From contig DATKWM010000066.1 in assembly GCA_035529575.1 (NCBI GenBank), positions 1 to 63,403 of the forward strand: 63,403 bases of DNA. Reading direction: 5' to 3'. The notes under the pieces are model-generated. The model was not told the DNA's origin. It searched no databases and saw only the letters and a program-made list of their open reading frames with translations. Shown here piece after piece: positions 1 through 10,384 of this stretch (the stretch's first letter is position 1; each line of letters opens with the position of its first letter). The position numbers and the translations under genes were made by a program. The stretch is from Desulfatiglandales bacterium. GTDB lineage: Bacteria > Desulfobacterota > DSM-4660 > Desulfatiglandales > B25-G16.

Positions 1-279
1 CCCGGAAATGATGATGCTATAAGATCCATCAGGCTATTAACCTCTATTATTGCTGATGCCTGTATTGAAGGACATAAGGAGAGAGAGGAAAAACTAAGGG
101 CTGAAGAGGAAGTTGAGATAAAGAAAGAAACTGAATTAGAAAAAATTAAGGAAGAAGCAATTACACCTACCGAAGAAAGTGCGGAAGGACCTGAAGTTAT
201 AGTAGTAACTAAGAAACATAAATCCGTTAAACCATCAAGGGCCAAAGAGCCTGAGAAAATTCAAACTCAAACGGAATAA
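1..279 (+). CDS. rpsB: 30S ribosomal protein S2, C-terminal fragment (runs off the 5' edge)
   Basis: Open frame from base 1 to TAA at 277-279. Translation starts PGNDDAIRSIRLLTSII, a conserved S2 C-terminal motif, followed by a Glu/Lys-rich tail. It lies directly upstream of tsf, as in the conserved rpsB-tsf operon. Confidence 0.8.
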   Translation, partial: PGNDDAIRSIRLLTSIIADACIEGHKEREEKLRAEEEVEIKKETELEKIKEEAITPTEESAEGPEVIVVTKKHKSVKPSRAKEPEKIQTQTE

Positions 280-456
280 TAAACTTTCTTAGCACATACG
301 GCCATTTATCCCGTGTTCACCCCGTTAAATAAATAGCTTACAAATGAAATCTCTTATCAGGGAACTTATTTAACGAGGCACGCAAAGAATTCTAACAATG
401 ATCCAGAGGCCCATAAAGGTAAATAAGCCTCGGGCTTATCAAAAGGAGAAGGCACA

Positions 457-1053
457 TTGAAAATATCAATTCAGTCGGTAAAAGAACTCAGAGAAACGAC
501 AGGTGTAGGCATAATGGATTGCAAAAATGCCCTTCGGGAGGCAGGTGGAGATAATAACAAGGCTATTGATATATTAAGAAAAAAAGGTATCGCAAAGTCC
601 CAGAAACGAGAGGGCAGGATTGCTTCAGAGGGCCAAATTCAGTCTTATGTGCATATGGGAGGAAAAATTGGTGTTCTTGTAGAGGTAAATTGTGAGACTG
701 ATTTCAGCGCCAAAACAGAAGATTTTACGAATTTTTCAAAAAATTTGGCCATGCATATAGCAGCAACAAATCCAATCTCTATCTCTCCTGAGGATCTGCC
801 CTCAGAGATAGTGGAAAGAGAGAAAGAAATATATAGTGATCAAGCTCTTCAATCAGGCAAGCCAGAAAAGGTTGTGGAAAAAATTGTTGAGGGAAAGTTA
901 AAGAAATTTTTCTCCGAAGCCTGTCTCTTAAATCAAGCCTATGTAAAAGACCCTGATATAACTATTCAAGACCTTCTTAATGAGTTGAAGGCTAAAACTG
1001 GTGAAAATATTATTATCAAAAGATTCATCAGGTTTAAGTTAGGGGCCGAGTGA
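457..1053 (+). CDS. tsf: Elongation factor Ts (short form)
   Basis: 198-aa ORF with a TTG start preceded by AAAGGAGAAGG. The N-terminal VKELRETTGVGIMDCKNAL motif is typical of EF-Ts. Confidence 0.95.
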   Translation: MKISIQSVKELRETTGVGIMDCKNALREAGGDNNKAIDILRKKGIAKSQKREGRIASEGQIQSYVHMGGKIGVLVEVNCETDFSAKTEDFTNFSKNLAMHIAATNPISISPEDLPSEIVEREKEIYSDQALQSGKPEKVVEKIVEGKLKKFFSEACLLNQAYVKDPDITIQDLLNELKAKTGENIIIKRFIRFKLGAE

Positions 1054-1234
1054 GCCCTTCGGTCTGAGACATGTCGACGAGCTCATGTCGAGTCGCTCTG
1101 GGTCGAAGACAATCGCAAAGATTATACTCATTAGAACACGTTATAGTATTTGCGAATCGAAGCACTTAGGATAAAGCATACCGATTTTAGGGGCTTACCC
1201 CGATTGCAATATTCGAGTAATGAGTTAACTTATC

Positions 1235-1282
1235 CTCCTTCACTTTGTTCAGGACAAGTTCTCTCAGTGAAGGAGAGGAATG
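1235..1282 (+). promoter_or_regulatory. Hairpin that sequesters the pyrH ribosome-binding site
   Basis: CTCCTTCACT (1235-1244) is perfectly complementary to AGTGAAGGAG (1266-1275). The second arm contains the AAGGAG Shine-Dalgarno sequence 5 nt upstream of the ATG at 1280. Confidence 0.4.
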
Positions 1283-2038
1283 AAAAACAATACCATGCCA
1301 AAATCTCAGAGGTCCACCCATTATAAAAGGATCCTATTAAAGTTAAGTGGCGAATCCCTGATGGGAGATAAAACAAGTGGTATAGATCCCCAGACTCTCA
1401 AGAATATTGCCTTTGATATCCATTCAACTCACACGCTTGGTGTACAGATAGGCATTGTAATAGGTGGTGGTAATATTTTCAGGGGAATAAAATCCTCTGA
1501 ATATAGTATTGAAAGGGTAACATCTGATTATATGGGGATGTTGGCTACTATTATAAATGCACTTGCCTTAAATGAAGCTCTAAACCAAGCTGGTTCTCCA
1601 TCTACTGTTATGACCGCTCTAGAAATAGAAAGAGTGGTAGAATCCTATACTCGGGAAAGAGCGCTTAGATATTTAGATCAAGGAAGGATTGTGATTTTTG
1701 GAGGAGGCACTGGAAATCCTTACTTCACTACAGATACTGCTGCCACCTTACGGGCTATGGAAATCAATGCTCAAGCTATTCTTAAGGCTACTCAAGTCGA
1801 TGGTGTATATAATCAGGATCCATCCAAAGAGCCAGATGCTAAGCTATTTAGCACAATTAGTTATGAGGAGGTATTAAAAAATAAGCTTGGGGTAATTGAC
1901 TTAACCGCCATATCTATGGCTATGGAACAGCAAGTCCCCATTATTGTTTTTAATATAGGCAAAAGGGGGAATATCAAAAAAATTGTCGCTGGTCACAAGG
2001 TGGGAACCCTGATAGCAGGAGAAAGCAATGAAGGATGA
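1280..2038 (+). CDS. pyrH: UMP kinase
   Basis: 252-aa ORF with the GGGNIFRG and FGGGTGNPYFTTD motifs of the amino-acid-kinase-fold UMP kinases. Conserved tsf-pyrH-frr gene order. Confidence 0.95.
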   Translation: MKNNTMPKSQRSTHYKRILLKLSGESLMGDKTSGIDPQTLKNIAFDIHSTHTLGVQIGIVIGGGNIFRGIKSSEYSIERVTSDYMGMLATIINALALNEALNQAGSPSTVMTALEIERVVESYTRERALRYLDQGRIVIFGGGTGNPYFTTDTAATLRAMEINAQAILKATQVDGVYNQDPSKEPDAKLFSTISYEEVLKNKLGVIDLTAISMAMEQQVPIIVFNIGKRGNIKKIVAGHKVGTLIAGESNEG

Positions 2039-2585
2039 GATCTTATCAGAGACGCGCCAAAAAATGGAAAAAACCGCTGAGTCCCTGAATCAAGAATTCA
2101 AAAAGATGAGAACAGGGAGGGCTTCGGTCTCTATTCTTGAGGGTATAAAAGCTGAATGCTATGGAACCCAGATGCGCTTAAATCAAATATCCTCTATTAG
2201 CATCCCGGAAAGCAGACTCTTAACTATCCAGCCCTGGGATCAATCCATCATAGGCAATATTGAGAAAAGCATACTGAAATCTGGACTTGGCCTCACACCT
2301 GTGAATGATGGAAAACTGATTAGGATCTCAATACCTCCATTAACAGAAGAGAGAAGAAAAGAGCTTGCGAAAATGGCCAAAAAAATGGCCGAGGAGAGTA
2401 AGGTGAGCATAAGGAACCAGCGCCGTGAGGCAAACGAGATGTTAAAAGAGTTAAAAAAGGAAAGCGAAATATCAGAAGACGAGATTTATAAATATCAGGA
2501 TAAAGTACAAAAGATTACTGATAAATTCATTGAAAAAATAGATGAAATCAGAAAAGAAAAAGAGCAGGAAATACTCGAATTTTGA
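2028..2585 (+). CDS. frr: Ribosome recycling factor
   Basis: 185-aa ORF that overlaps the pyrH 3' end. Contains RTGRASVSILEGI and LTEERRKELAK, which are typical of RRF. Confidence 0.95.
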   Translation: MKDEILSETRQKMEKTAESLNQEFKKMRTGRASVSILEGIKAECYGTQMRLNQISSISIPESRLLTIQPWDQSIIGNIEKSILKSGLGLTPVNDGKLIRISIPPLTEERRKELAKMAKKMAEESKVSIRNQRREANEMLKELKKESEISEDEIYKYQDKVQKITDKFIEKIDEIRKEKEQEILEF

Positions 2586-2645
2586 TTCTCACTATCTTTA
2601 AAATCATTACATTATCCTCTCACATTCTTACTATAAGCCCCACAA

Positions 2646-3401
2646 ATGGAACGATTAAACCCAGATAAATTACCTCAGCATGTGGCTATTATAATGGATG
2701 GTAACGGCCGATGGGCAAAGAGAAGAGGTCTTACCAGGATTATTGGCCATCAAAAAGGTATAGAATCTGTAAGGGATGTTGTCAAAACTAGTAGGGAATT
2801 AGGCATAAAATGGCTCACTCTCTATGCCTTTAGCGAGGAAAACTGGAAAAGGCCTCAATATGAAATCAAGGCCTTGATGAATCTTCTAACTCGCTACCTT
2901 ACGACTGAATCAAAGGAAATGCTCGATAATGGGATCAGGCTATTATCAATTGGGCAAACAGAAAAACTTCCACCAGAGGTTCAGAGAACCCTGTGGCAAA
3001 CAATAGAAAAAACTGCACACAATAAAGAGATGAACCTCACCCTTGCCTTGAGCTACGGAGGAAGACAGGAAATTGTATGGGCTGTAAAAAATATGCTAAA
3101 AGACATAGAAAAGGCTACATTAAATATCAAGCAGATTACAGAAGAACGTTTATCTCACTATCTTTATACCTCTAATATCCCAGACCCAGATTTACTTATA
3201 CGAACAAGTGGGGAATATAGAATAAGTAACTTTCTTCTGTGGCAAATAGCCTATACAGAGATCTTTATTAGTCCTGTTCTATGGCCAGATTTCCACAGGG
3301 AGCGATACCTGGAAGCCCTTCTTGATTACCAAAAACGTGAAAGACGTTTCGGGTCCACTGGAGAAGAGATAACTCCACCTAAAAAAAAGTATAAAATATG
3401 A
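2646..3401 (+). CDS. uppS: Undecaprenyl diphosphate synthase (cis-prenyltransferase)
   Basis: Contains the DGNGRWA and RTSGEYRISNFLLWQ signature motifs. Confidence 0.95.
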   Translation: MERLNPDKLPQHVAIIMDGNGRWAKRRGLTRIIGHQKGIESVRDVVKTSRELGIKWLTLYAFSEENWKRPQYEIKALMNLLTRYLTTESKEMLDNGIRLLSIGQTEKLPPEVQRTLWQTIEKTAHNKEMNLTLALSYGGRQEIVWAVKNMLKDIEKATLNIKQITEERLSHYLYTSNIPDPDLLIRTSGEYRISNFLLWQIAYTEIFISPVLWPDFHRERYLEALLDYQKRERRFGSTGEEITPPKKKYKI

Positions 3402-4189
3402 CAACGCATATGAAGAGGGTAATAACAGCCTTCATAGCAATCCTTTTTCTTATTGGAGTCATAGGGAAAGCCCCTTTATGGGTCTTTATCATTTTAATTC
3501 TGTTTGCAGCATTAATAAGTTTGAACGAATTTTATGCACTAATAAAGCCTAAGATAGCGGAAAAAATTGTCTTCTCTAATTATGTCTTAACCACCATCCT
3601 TTTTTTTTCTATCCTCATTAACAGTCACCACTATATTGCACTATTTCCCTTTTTTGTTATCTTTCCGTTAGCCTTTTTTATATTCACCTATCCGAAAAGT
3701 CACCACAAAATCGGTGATATTGCCAACGTAATTATGGGGCCATTTTATATCTGTCTACCTCTGGCCCTTCTTGCAATAATCGCGAGACTTCCTCAGGGCC
3801 GCATGTGGATCTTTTTCATCCTGGCTGTTATTTTTGCTGGTGATACTGGTTCCTTCTATTGTGGAAAATTTTTTGGAAAACATAAATTAACCCAGATCAG
3901 CCCTGGAAAGACCTGGGAAGGCACAATAGGAGGCCTGATAGGAAATATCGCATGTGCTGGTCTATTTGGTTATGTATTCTTTACTTCTTTGTCTGTTATC
4001 TCTATTATGATAGTAGGTATAGTACTAGGAATCAGTGGACAGATTGGCGACTTGGCAGAATCTATGCTAAAAAGAACATCAAATAAAAAGGATAGCGGTA
4101 AGATTTTACCGGGACATGGAGGTATGCTAGACAGAATAGACAGCCTACTTTTTGCAGTCCCAGTTCTGTACGTATATTTAAATTATTAG
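3398..4189 (+). CDS. cdsA: Phosphatidate cytidylyltransferase
   Basis: Polytopic membrane protein with the C-terminal GHGGMLDRIDS motif. Overlaps the uppS stop by 4 nt. Confidence 0.9.
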   Translation: MTTHMKRVITAFIAILFLIGVIGKAPLWVFIILILFAALISLNEFYALIKPKIAEKIVFSNYVLTTILFFSILINSHHYIALFPFFVIFPLAFFIFTYPKSHHKIGDIANVIMGPFYICLPLALLAIIARLPQGRMWIFFILAVIFAGDTGSFYCGKFFGKHKLTQISPGKTWEGTIGGLIGNIACAGLFGYVFFTSLSVISIMIVGIVLGISGQIGDLAESMLKRTSNKKDSGKILPGHGGMLDRIDSLLFAVPVLYVYLNY

Positions 4190-4268
4190 GGATTGCCTAA
4201 GACCGTCTGTTGTCCTTTGCAACAAATTACTAACCATTTACAACAGGTTTTCTAAGGAGCTATTTTCT

Positions 4269-5435
4269 TTGAAAAATATATGCCTGCTGGGCTCTACTGG
4301 TTATATAGGGACGAATGCACTCAAGATTATTAGAAATAATCCAGACAGATACCGGATTATTGCACTCGGTGGAGGAAGAAACATAGACCTTCTCCTTAAC
4401 CAAATAAAGGAATTTAAACCACTTTTTGCAGCAGTTATTAATTCTCATCTCGCCAATGAGCTAAAAAGCAAACTAAACAATGCCACAAACATAGAAATAC
4501 TCTATGGTACCAAAGGCTATAGTGAAATTGCCTCCCTTTCAGAGGTAAATATAGCTATAACAGCAATGACAGGATCTGCTGGTCTGCTTCCAACATTTTC
4601 CGCTATCACTGCTGGCAAGGACGTGGCGTTAGCCAATAAAGAAACATTGGTAATGGCAGGATCTTTGCTGATAAACGAATCAAAAAAGTCGGGTGTAAAT
4701 ATATTTCCTATTGACAGTGAACACAGTGCAATACAGCAATCTATCCAAGGACACAGCAGAGAAGATCTGAAAAAAATCATCCTAACGGGCTCTGGTGGTC
4801 CATTCAAAGATTCCCCTATAGAAAAATTGTCCACGGTTACCCCAAAAGAGGCATTAAAACATCCAAAATGGAAAATGGGTCGCAAAATAAGTATAGATTC
4901 AGCAACTATGATGAATAAGGGAATGGAGGCAATCGAAGCGAAATGGCTTTTTAATGTAGAGATGGATCAAATAGAAATCCTTCTCCACCCCCAAAGTATT
5001 ATTCATTCCATGGTTGAGTATATGGATGGCTCTATCATCGCACAGCTGGCCCCTACAGACATGAGAATACCAATATCCTATGCCCTCTCTTACCCTAGGC
5101 ATCTTAAAGTTGAGCTGCCATCATTGGACCTTATAGATATAGAAACATTGAGTTTTGGAAGACCTGATAAAAAGAGATTTAGATGTCTATGCCTAGCCCT
5201 TGCTGCAGGAAAAATAGGAGAAAGCATGCCAGCCGTATTAAATGGAGCTAATGAAATCGGTGTTAACGCCTTTTTGGAAGGAAAAATAGGTTTTTTGGAA
5301 ATTCCTCAACTTATTGAAAAAACAATGGAGAAACACGAAACCTTTCCCTTAAATAGCATTGAGCAAGCAATTGAGGCAGATCAATGGGCTAAATCGAGGG
5401 CAAAAGAAATCCTAAGGGAGATGGTGAGAAAATAA
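4269..5435 (+). CDS. dxr: 1-deoxy-D-xylulose 5-phosphate reductoisomerase
   Basis: GSTGYIG NADPH-binding motif plus LANKE and HPKWKMG motifs. TTG start preceded by a TAAGGAG RBS. Confidence 0.95.
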   Translation: MKNICLLGSTGYIGTNALKIIRNNPDRYRIIALGGGRNIDLLLNQIKEFKPLFAAVINSHLANELKSKLNNATNIEILYGTKGYSEIASLSEVNIAITAMTGSAGLLPTFSAITAGKDVALANKETLVMAGSLLINESKKSGVNIFPIDSEHSAIQQSIQGHSREDLKKIILTGSGGPFKDSPIEKLSTVTPKEALKHPKWKMGRKISIDSATMMNKGMEAIEAKWLFNVEMDQIEILLHPQSIIHSMVEYMDGSIIAQLAPTDMRIPISYALSYPRHLKVELPSLDLIDIETLSFGRPDKKRFRCLCLALAAGKIGESMPAVLNGANEIGVNAFLEGKIGFLEIPQLIEKTMEKHETFPLNSIEQAIEADQWAKSRAKEILREMVRK

Positions 5436-5713
5436 ACTCTGGAAATTTCAGCAACTATTTGATATTAAATAATTTATTACGCTTTTTAATTATCTACTTA
5501 AAATTTGAAGCAGTGTAAAATTTTCACCCTGTTAAATTTCTTAAAGTAGCCCTACTTAACAGGGCAGGCTAGATTTCAAACAATTCCCTTTTTTATTGCT
5601 TCACACATGCGATAATGGAGATTTGGCACAATGGAATGTGTAAAAAGAAAATGTCTTTTGATCCAATACCCTGTCATTGCCATTGCAAAGTAAAGTGGAG
5701 CGAAGCTTAAATT

Positions 5714-6790
5714 ATGAGCACCGTGTTATATTATATAATTCCATTTATCGTCGTGCTTGGTGTCTTGATCTTTTTCCACGAGTTAGGGCACTTTCTGATT
5801 GCCAAATTATGCAACGTGAAGGTCCTTAAGTTTTCCCTCGGCTTTGGTCCTAAAGTTATGGGAAAAAAAATGGGAGAAACTGAATATATCATCTCAGCCT
5901 TTCCTCTTGGTGGTTACATTAAGATGTTAGGAGAAGAGAATAATGAAGAAATAATCCTAGAAGAGGCACACAGATCCTTTTCTAAACAGCCTGTAGTAAC
6001 GAGAATTGCTATTGCAGCAGCTGGTCCTATCTTTAACTTCCTCTTGGCCTTCATTCTTTTTAGTGGCATTTTCCTGATATCAGGCTACCCTATCATGATC
6101 CCCGAAGTTGGCCAAGTAAGGCCCGACTCCCCTGCTGATAAATCCAGAATATTAAAAGGTGATATTATCGAATATATTGATGGCAAAAAAATAAATAAAT
6201 GGGGTGATATAAAAAAATTCATAGAAAAGAGTCCTCACAAGGACCTACACATGGTAATCATAAGAGGCAATAAAAGGATTTCAACAATCGTTTCTCCTAA
6301 AGAGGAAATTGTTAAAAACATTTTTGGCGAAGAGATTAAATCACCACTTATAGGAATTGTAGCCAGTGGAAACATTAATGAATTACAGTTAGGTCCCTTT
6401 CAAGCACTTATGGAAGGTGGTAAAAAGACTTGGGAATTAACAGCACTCACAGTCCTGACAGTTGTAAAGCTATTTCAAGGGGTTATTCCCCTTAAAACAC
6501 TTGGTGGGCCTATCATGATCGGACAGTTAACAGGAGATATAGCAAGAGAAAATTTAAGCTATCTCCTCCCTTTTATGGCTGTTATAAGTATTAATCTCGC
6601 TATACTAAACCTTCTTCCAGTACCAGTTCTAGATGGCGGTCTAATACTTTTATTTCTAATAGAAATTGTAATAAGGAAACCTTTAAGTATTAAAAAAAGG
6701 GAGATGGCCCAGAAGATAGGTTTTTTCCTTCTCATCCTACTAATGGCCGTCGTCTTTTACAACGATCTAGTAAGAATAATCACCAAATAA
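5714..6790 (+). CDS. rseP: RIP zinc metalloprotease (site-2 protease)
   Basis: HELGH zinc motif in the first TM helix, a central PDZ-like region, and a C-terminal NLLPVPVLDGG motif. Confidence 0.9.
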   Translation: MSTVLYYIIPFIVVLGVLIFFHELGHFLIAKLCNVKVLKFSLGFGPKVMGKKMGETEYIISAFPLGGYIKMLGEENNEEIILEEAHRSFSKQPVVTRIAIAAAGPIFNFLLAFILFSGIFLISGYPIMIPEVGQVRPDSPADKSRILKGDIIEYIDGKKINKWGDIKKFIEKSPHKDLHMVIIRGNKRISTIVSPKEEIVKNIFGEEIKSPLIGIVASGNINELQLGPFQALMEGGKKTWELTALTVLTVVKLFQGVIPLKTLGGPIMIGQLTGDIARENLSYLLPFMAVISINLAILNLLPVPVLDGGLILLFLIEIVIRKPLSIKKREMAQKIGFFLLILLMAVVFYNDLVRIITK

Positions 6791-6800
6791 ATGGAGCATT

Positions 6801-7490
6801 TTGAATCTACTTTCAATAAATACCTCAACCAAACAGTATAGTGTAGCAGTAATGAAGGATGAAATTGTTTCAGGTGAATACATCCTCCCTTCAAGTCCAA
6901 GTCACTTCAGCAATCTAATGCCTTCCATTGATGACCTGCTCGTTAAGGTTGGACTTGTGCCTCAAAACATAGACGGATTAATCGTTGCCTTGGGGCCGGG
7001 GAGCTTTACTGGGATTAGAATAGGTCTATCTGTTGCAAAAGGATTCTCTGAATGCCTGAACATACCAATAACTGGTATCCACACCTTAGTAGCCATGGCC
7101 AGCCAACTTCCTTACTTAAATGAAGATATCTGCCCTCTTGTAACTTCACGGAAAGGAGAGGTATTTACTGCTATATTTAAGTGGAGTGCTCATGGCTATT
7201 TATTAAGATGTAAAGAAGACACATGTCTAAAAATTAATGACCTTAGTTCAATAATTGAAAACAAAACAATTTTTATCGGAAATGACTTTAGTAATCAAGG
7301 GCCAATCTTAAAACAACAATTTAGGGAAAACCAGATATTAGCGCCTGCAAATTTGTGGAACCTTAAGGCCTCATCTTTGGGTATTCTGGGATTAAAAAAA
7401 CTTCAAAAAAGTGGTTCAGACAATGTAGACGAACTTGTTCCCATTTATCTCAGAGGGGCAGATATTCGCCTACCAAAGAAAGTGAGCTAA
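6801..7490 (+). CDS. tsaB: tRNA t6A biosynthesis protein TsaB (inactive M22 peptidase homologue)
   Basis: The N-terminal region carries GPGSFTGIRIG, typical of TsaB/YeaZ. Confidence 0.8.
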   Translation: MNLLSINTSTKQYSVAVMKDEIVSGEYILPSSPSHFSNLMPSIDDLLVKVGLVPQNIDGLIVALGPGSFTGIRIGLSVAKGFSECLNIPITGIHTLVAMASQLPYLNEDICPLVTSRKGEVFTAIFKWSAHGYLLRCKEDTCLKINDLSSIIENKTIFIGNDFSNQGPILKQQFRENQILAPANLWNLKASSLGILGLKKLQKSGSDNVDELVPIYLRGADIRLPKKVS

Positions 7491-7717
7491 AGACAAAAGG
7501 TATAGGTTTTTTAGTGTTCGTTTATGGGCCCCCGATGAAATAGGGATTCTGGACCACCATAAGTCTGGTGGGCAGGGTTCACTGAAAAAACATACCTGTC
7601 CCGATATAATCGGGAACCATATAAACGACTACATTAAATGTAATATTGACAAATACGTAAATTTATATTAAACGCTACAATCAAAAAGAGCACGTAATTT
7701 TACAGGAATTTTACTAA

Positions 7718-8395
7718 TTGAGCCACAAAAGCATAAACAATAAGCTGCCAGTTGCCTGGGAAGGAATTCCCTTTATACTTATTGGAATAGTATTGACATC
7801 TATACTTTTCATTCTTAATTGGAAATTATTAGCTATTCCTATGGCGGTAGCAACCTTGTTCACTATCTACTTTTTTCGAGATCCAGAGAGAACACATGTA
7901 GATGACGAAAGGGCAATTTTTACGCCAGCAGACGGAACAGTACTATCAATTGAGAATCTACATAATGGAGACTCTCGGCTGAAAGATAAGGCAATAAAGA
8001 TAAGTATATTCATGTCGATCTTTAATGCCCATATAAACAGGATCCCCATTAAAGGAAAAATCGCCCAATTATCCTACCACCCTGGAAAATTTTTTTCAGC
8101 TAATAGAGACAAAGCATCTGTCTACAATGAACATAATATTGTAACTTTAGAAACAGATAATAAGAAAAAGGTTATCTTTGTCCAAATCGCTGGCCTTGTT
8201 GCCAGAAGGATCGCCTGTTGGATTAAAAAGGGAGATTATGTAGAAACAGGTCAGAGGTTTGGCCTTATCAGATTCGGCTCACGGCTTGAAGTATATCTTC
8301 CCCCTGATTGCGAAATCAAGGTTAAAAAAGGTGAGAAAGTTAAGGCTAGTCAAACGATTATAGGATATCTTAGTGAGACTGAAAACAAAAAATAG
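7718..8395 (+). CDS. psd: Phosphatidylserine decarboxylase-related proenzyme (small Asd type)
   Basis: 225 aa with two N-terminal TM helices and an FGSRLE segment at the usual self-cleavage position. Overlaps and precedes pssA. Confidence 0.8.
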   Translation: MSHKSINNKLPVAWEGIPFILIGIVLTSILFILNWKLLAIPMAVATLFTIYFFRDPERTHVDDERAIFTPADGTVLSIENLHNGDSRLKDKAIKISIFMSIFNAHINRIPIKGKIAQLSYHPGKFFSANRDKASVYNEHNIVTLETDNKKKVIFVQIAGLVARRIACWIKKGDYVETGQRFGLIRFGSRLEVYLPPDCEIKVKKGEKVKASQTIIGYLSETENKK

Positions 8396-9179
8396 ATCAA
8401 AAAAGAGGAATAAAAAAGGAATATACATTCTTCCAAACCTATTCACCTCCTGTAGCCTATTTGGGGGGGTCTACGCCATCATTGCCGCTATCCAAGGCAG
8501 ATATGATGCCGCAGCCATTGCTATCCTTATCGCTTCTATATTCGATGGATTAGATGGGAAAATTGCTCGCTTTACCAATACAACGAGTCAATTTGGTATC
8601 GAGTATGATTCTCTATCAGATCTAGTTGCATTTGGTGTGGCTCCTGGATTGCTGGCCTTTGAGTGGTCCCTTAAATCATTTGGAAGATTTGGCTGGCTGG
8701 CTGTCTTTCTGTATGTTATCTGCGGCGCCTTAAGACTTGCCAGGTTCAACATTCAAAAAAACAATCTTGAATCTGATCACTTCAAAGGATTACCTATTCC
8801 TGGAGCAGCTATCTTTATTGCTACCTTTGTGCTTTTTATAAATTCCTTAGATGGCCTTACCGAAAACAAACATATTGTTATCATAAGTGCTATTTATTCT
8901 CTATCATTTCTTATGGTCAGCACAATTGATTATCTTAGTTTTAAAGAGCTCGAGCTTTTTAAGAAAAAACCCTTTAATGTTCTGGTAGCCACCATACTCC
9001 TCTTTATTGTTGTAGCGTATAAGCCAGCTTTGATGTTATTCCTTTTCTCTACTATGTATGTGATCTCAGGTCCTTTTATAACGCTCTATCATCTCACTCA
9101 TAGATCTACAAAGAGAGCTCATTCTATGATTGATTCCTCTCTCGAGAAAAGTGAAGAAAGCATAAAAAACAAATTATGA
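8373..9179 (+). CDS. pssA: CDP-diacylglycerol--serine O-phosphatidyltransferase
   Basis: CDP-alcohol phosphatidyltransferase motif DGLDGKIAR...G...D..SD in a polytopic membrane protein. Confidence 0.9.
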   Translation: MRLKTKNRSKKRNKKGIYILPNLFTSCSLFGGVYAIIAAIQGRYDAAAIAILIASIFDGLDGKIARFTNTTSQFGIEYDSLSDLVAFGVAPGLLAFEWSLKSFGRFGWLAVFLYVICGALRLARFNIQKNNLESDHFKGLPIPGAAIFIATFVLFINSLDGLTENKHIVIISAIYSLSFLMVSTIDYLSFKELELFKKKPFNVLVATILLFIVVAYKPALMLFLFSTMYVISGPFITLYHLTHRSTKRAHSMIDSSLEKSEESIKNKL

Positions 9180-9256
9180 AAATTTGGGTAATTTCAGTAA
9201 ATTGTTGCCCTCAGACTTACGTTAACTCATTTTAGCTACTAATAACTTTAAACATC

Positions 9257-9826
9257 ATGAGAATAACTGGCGGTATGATCAGGGGCCGCCGGCTGGCAAA
9301 CGTCAAAGGAGTTACTATACGGCCTACCTCAGATATAGTGAGAGGATCTATATTTGACATATTGGGCCAGACATTAACTGATCTTAGAGTATTAGATCTA
9401 TTTGCTGGCACAGGTAGTTTAGGGATAGAATCCCTAAGCAGAGGTGCCAAAAACGCTGTGTTTGTAGATAACTCACACAGGGCCCTTGCTATAATAAAAA
9501 ATAACCTCATTATGTGCGGCTATGAAGGGCTTTCAATGATTATAAGAGCGAAATTGCCGAATGGTTTGCTCCATATTCAGGATCTTGGGTGCGGTCAATT
9601 CGATGTGGTATTTATTGATCCTCCCTATGGAAAAGGATACATTAGGCCCACGATTCATAAATTACTAGATAAAAAACTATTGGCGAAAGATAGCAGGATA
9701 GTTGTTGAATCATCAAAAAATGCCAATGATCCATTTCCTATCGATCTTTATAACCTTCAGCTAAAATTAACGAAATCGTATGGCTCAACAGTAATAGGTT
9801 TTTACTCCAATTATGAGGAAAGATAA
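9257..9826 (+). CDS. rsmD: 16S rRNA (guanine966-N2)-methyltransferase
   Basis: LDLFAGTGSLGIE SAM-binding motif and DPPY catalytic motif. The size and the rsmD-coaD pairing are typical. Confidence 0.85.
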   Translation: MRITGGMIRGRRLANVKGVTIRPTSDIVRGSIFDILGQTLTDLRVLDLFAGTGSLGIESLSRGAKNAVFVDNSHRALAIIKNNLIMCGYEGLSMIIRAKLPNGLLHIQDLGCGQFDVVFIDPPYGKGYIRPTIHKLLDKKLLAKDSRIVVESSKNANDPFPIDLYNLQLKLTKSYGSTVIGFYSNYEER

Positions 9827-10313
9827 AATGGGCAAAATGGTCATATATCCTGGCTCGTTTGATCCTATAACAAACGGTCATCTCAGTATCGTGAGAAGGG
9901 CTCTTACCATGTTTGATTCTATTACCATTGCCGTTGCCTCCAAGCCCATGAAAAAAACTCTTTTTACATTGGATGAGAGGGTGGATCTTATACAGGAATC
10001 AATTAAAAACGATGACAGGATTTTTGTCGACTCCTTTAATGGTTTACTTGTTGACTACGTGGACGGCAAAAAAACCAATATAGTTTTAAGAGGAATGAGA
10101 GCCCTCTCAGACTTTGAGTATGAATTTCAGATGTCATTAATGAACAGGAAGTTAAATAAAAATATACAAACAATTTTCATGATGACTGACTACAAATGGC
10201 TCTATACTAGTTCTACTATAATAAAAGAGGCAGCCAGTTATGGGGGGGCTGTTGGCGGTCTTGTCCCTGATGTTGTCTGCCAGAAACTAAAAGAAAAATT
10301 TGGCTTTCAATAA
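9813..10313 (+). CDS. coaD: Phosphopantetheine adenylyltransferase
   Basis: YPGSFDPITNGH nucleotidyltransferase motif. The true start is probably the ATG a few codons in (MGKMVIYPG). Confidence 0.95.
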   Translation: MRKDKMGKMVIYPGSFDPITNGHLSIVRRALTMFDSITIAVASKPMKKTLFTLDERVDLIQESIKNDDRIFVDSFNGLLVDYVDGKKTNIVLRGMRALSDFEYEFQMSLMNRKLNKNIQTIFMMTDYKWLYTSSTIIKEAASYGGAVGGLVPDVVCQKLKEKFGFQ

Positions 10314-10384
10314 TAAAGAATCCACATCCAGAGGACGTGGTTTTACAAATTAATACAAACCAGAAAATTAAGGAGGAATATTGC

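Noticed and set aside
7630-7700. Sigma-70-type promoter (TTGACA ... TATATT/ATTAAA) upstream of psd
   Set aside because: The TTGACA hexamer is clear, but the candidate -10 hexamers give spacers of 12-15 nt, which are not canonical. It was therefore not reported as a feature.
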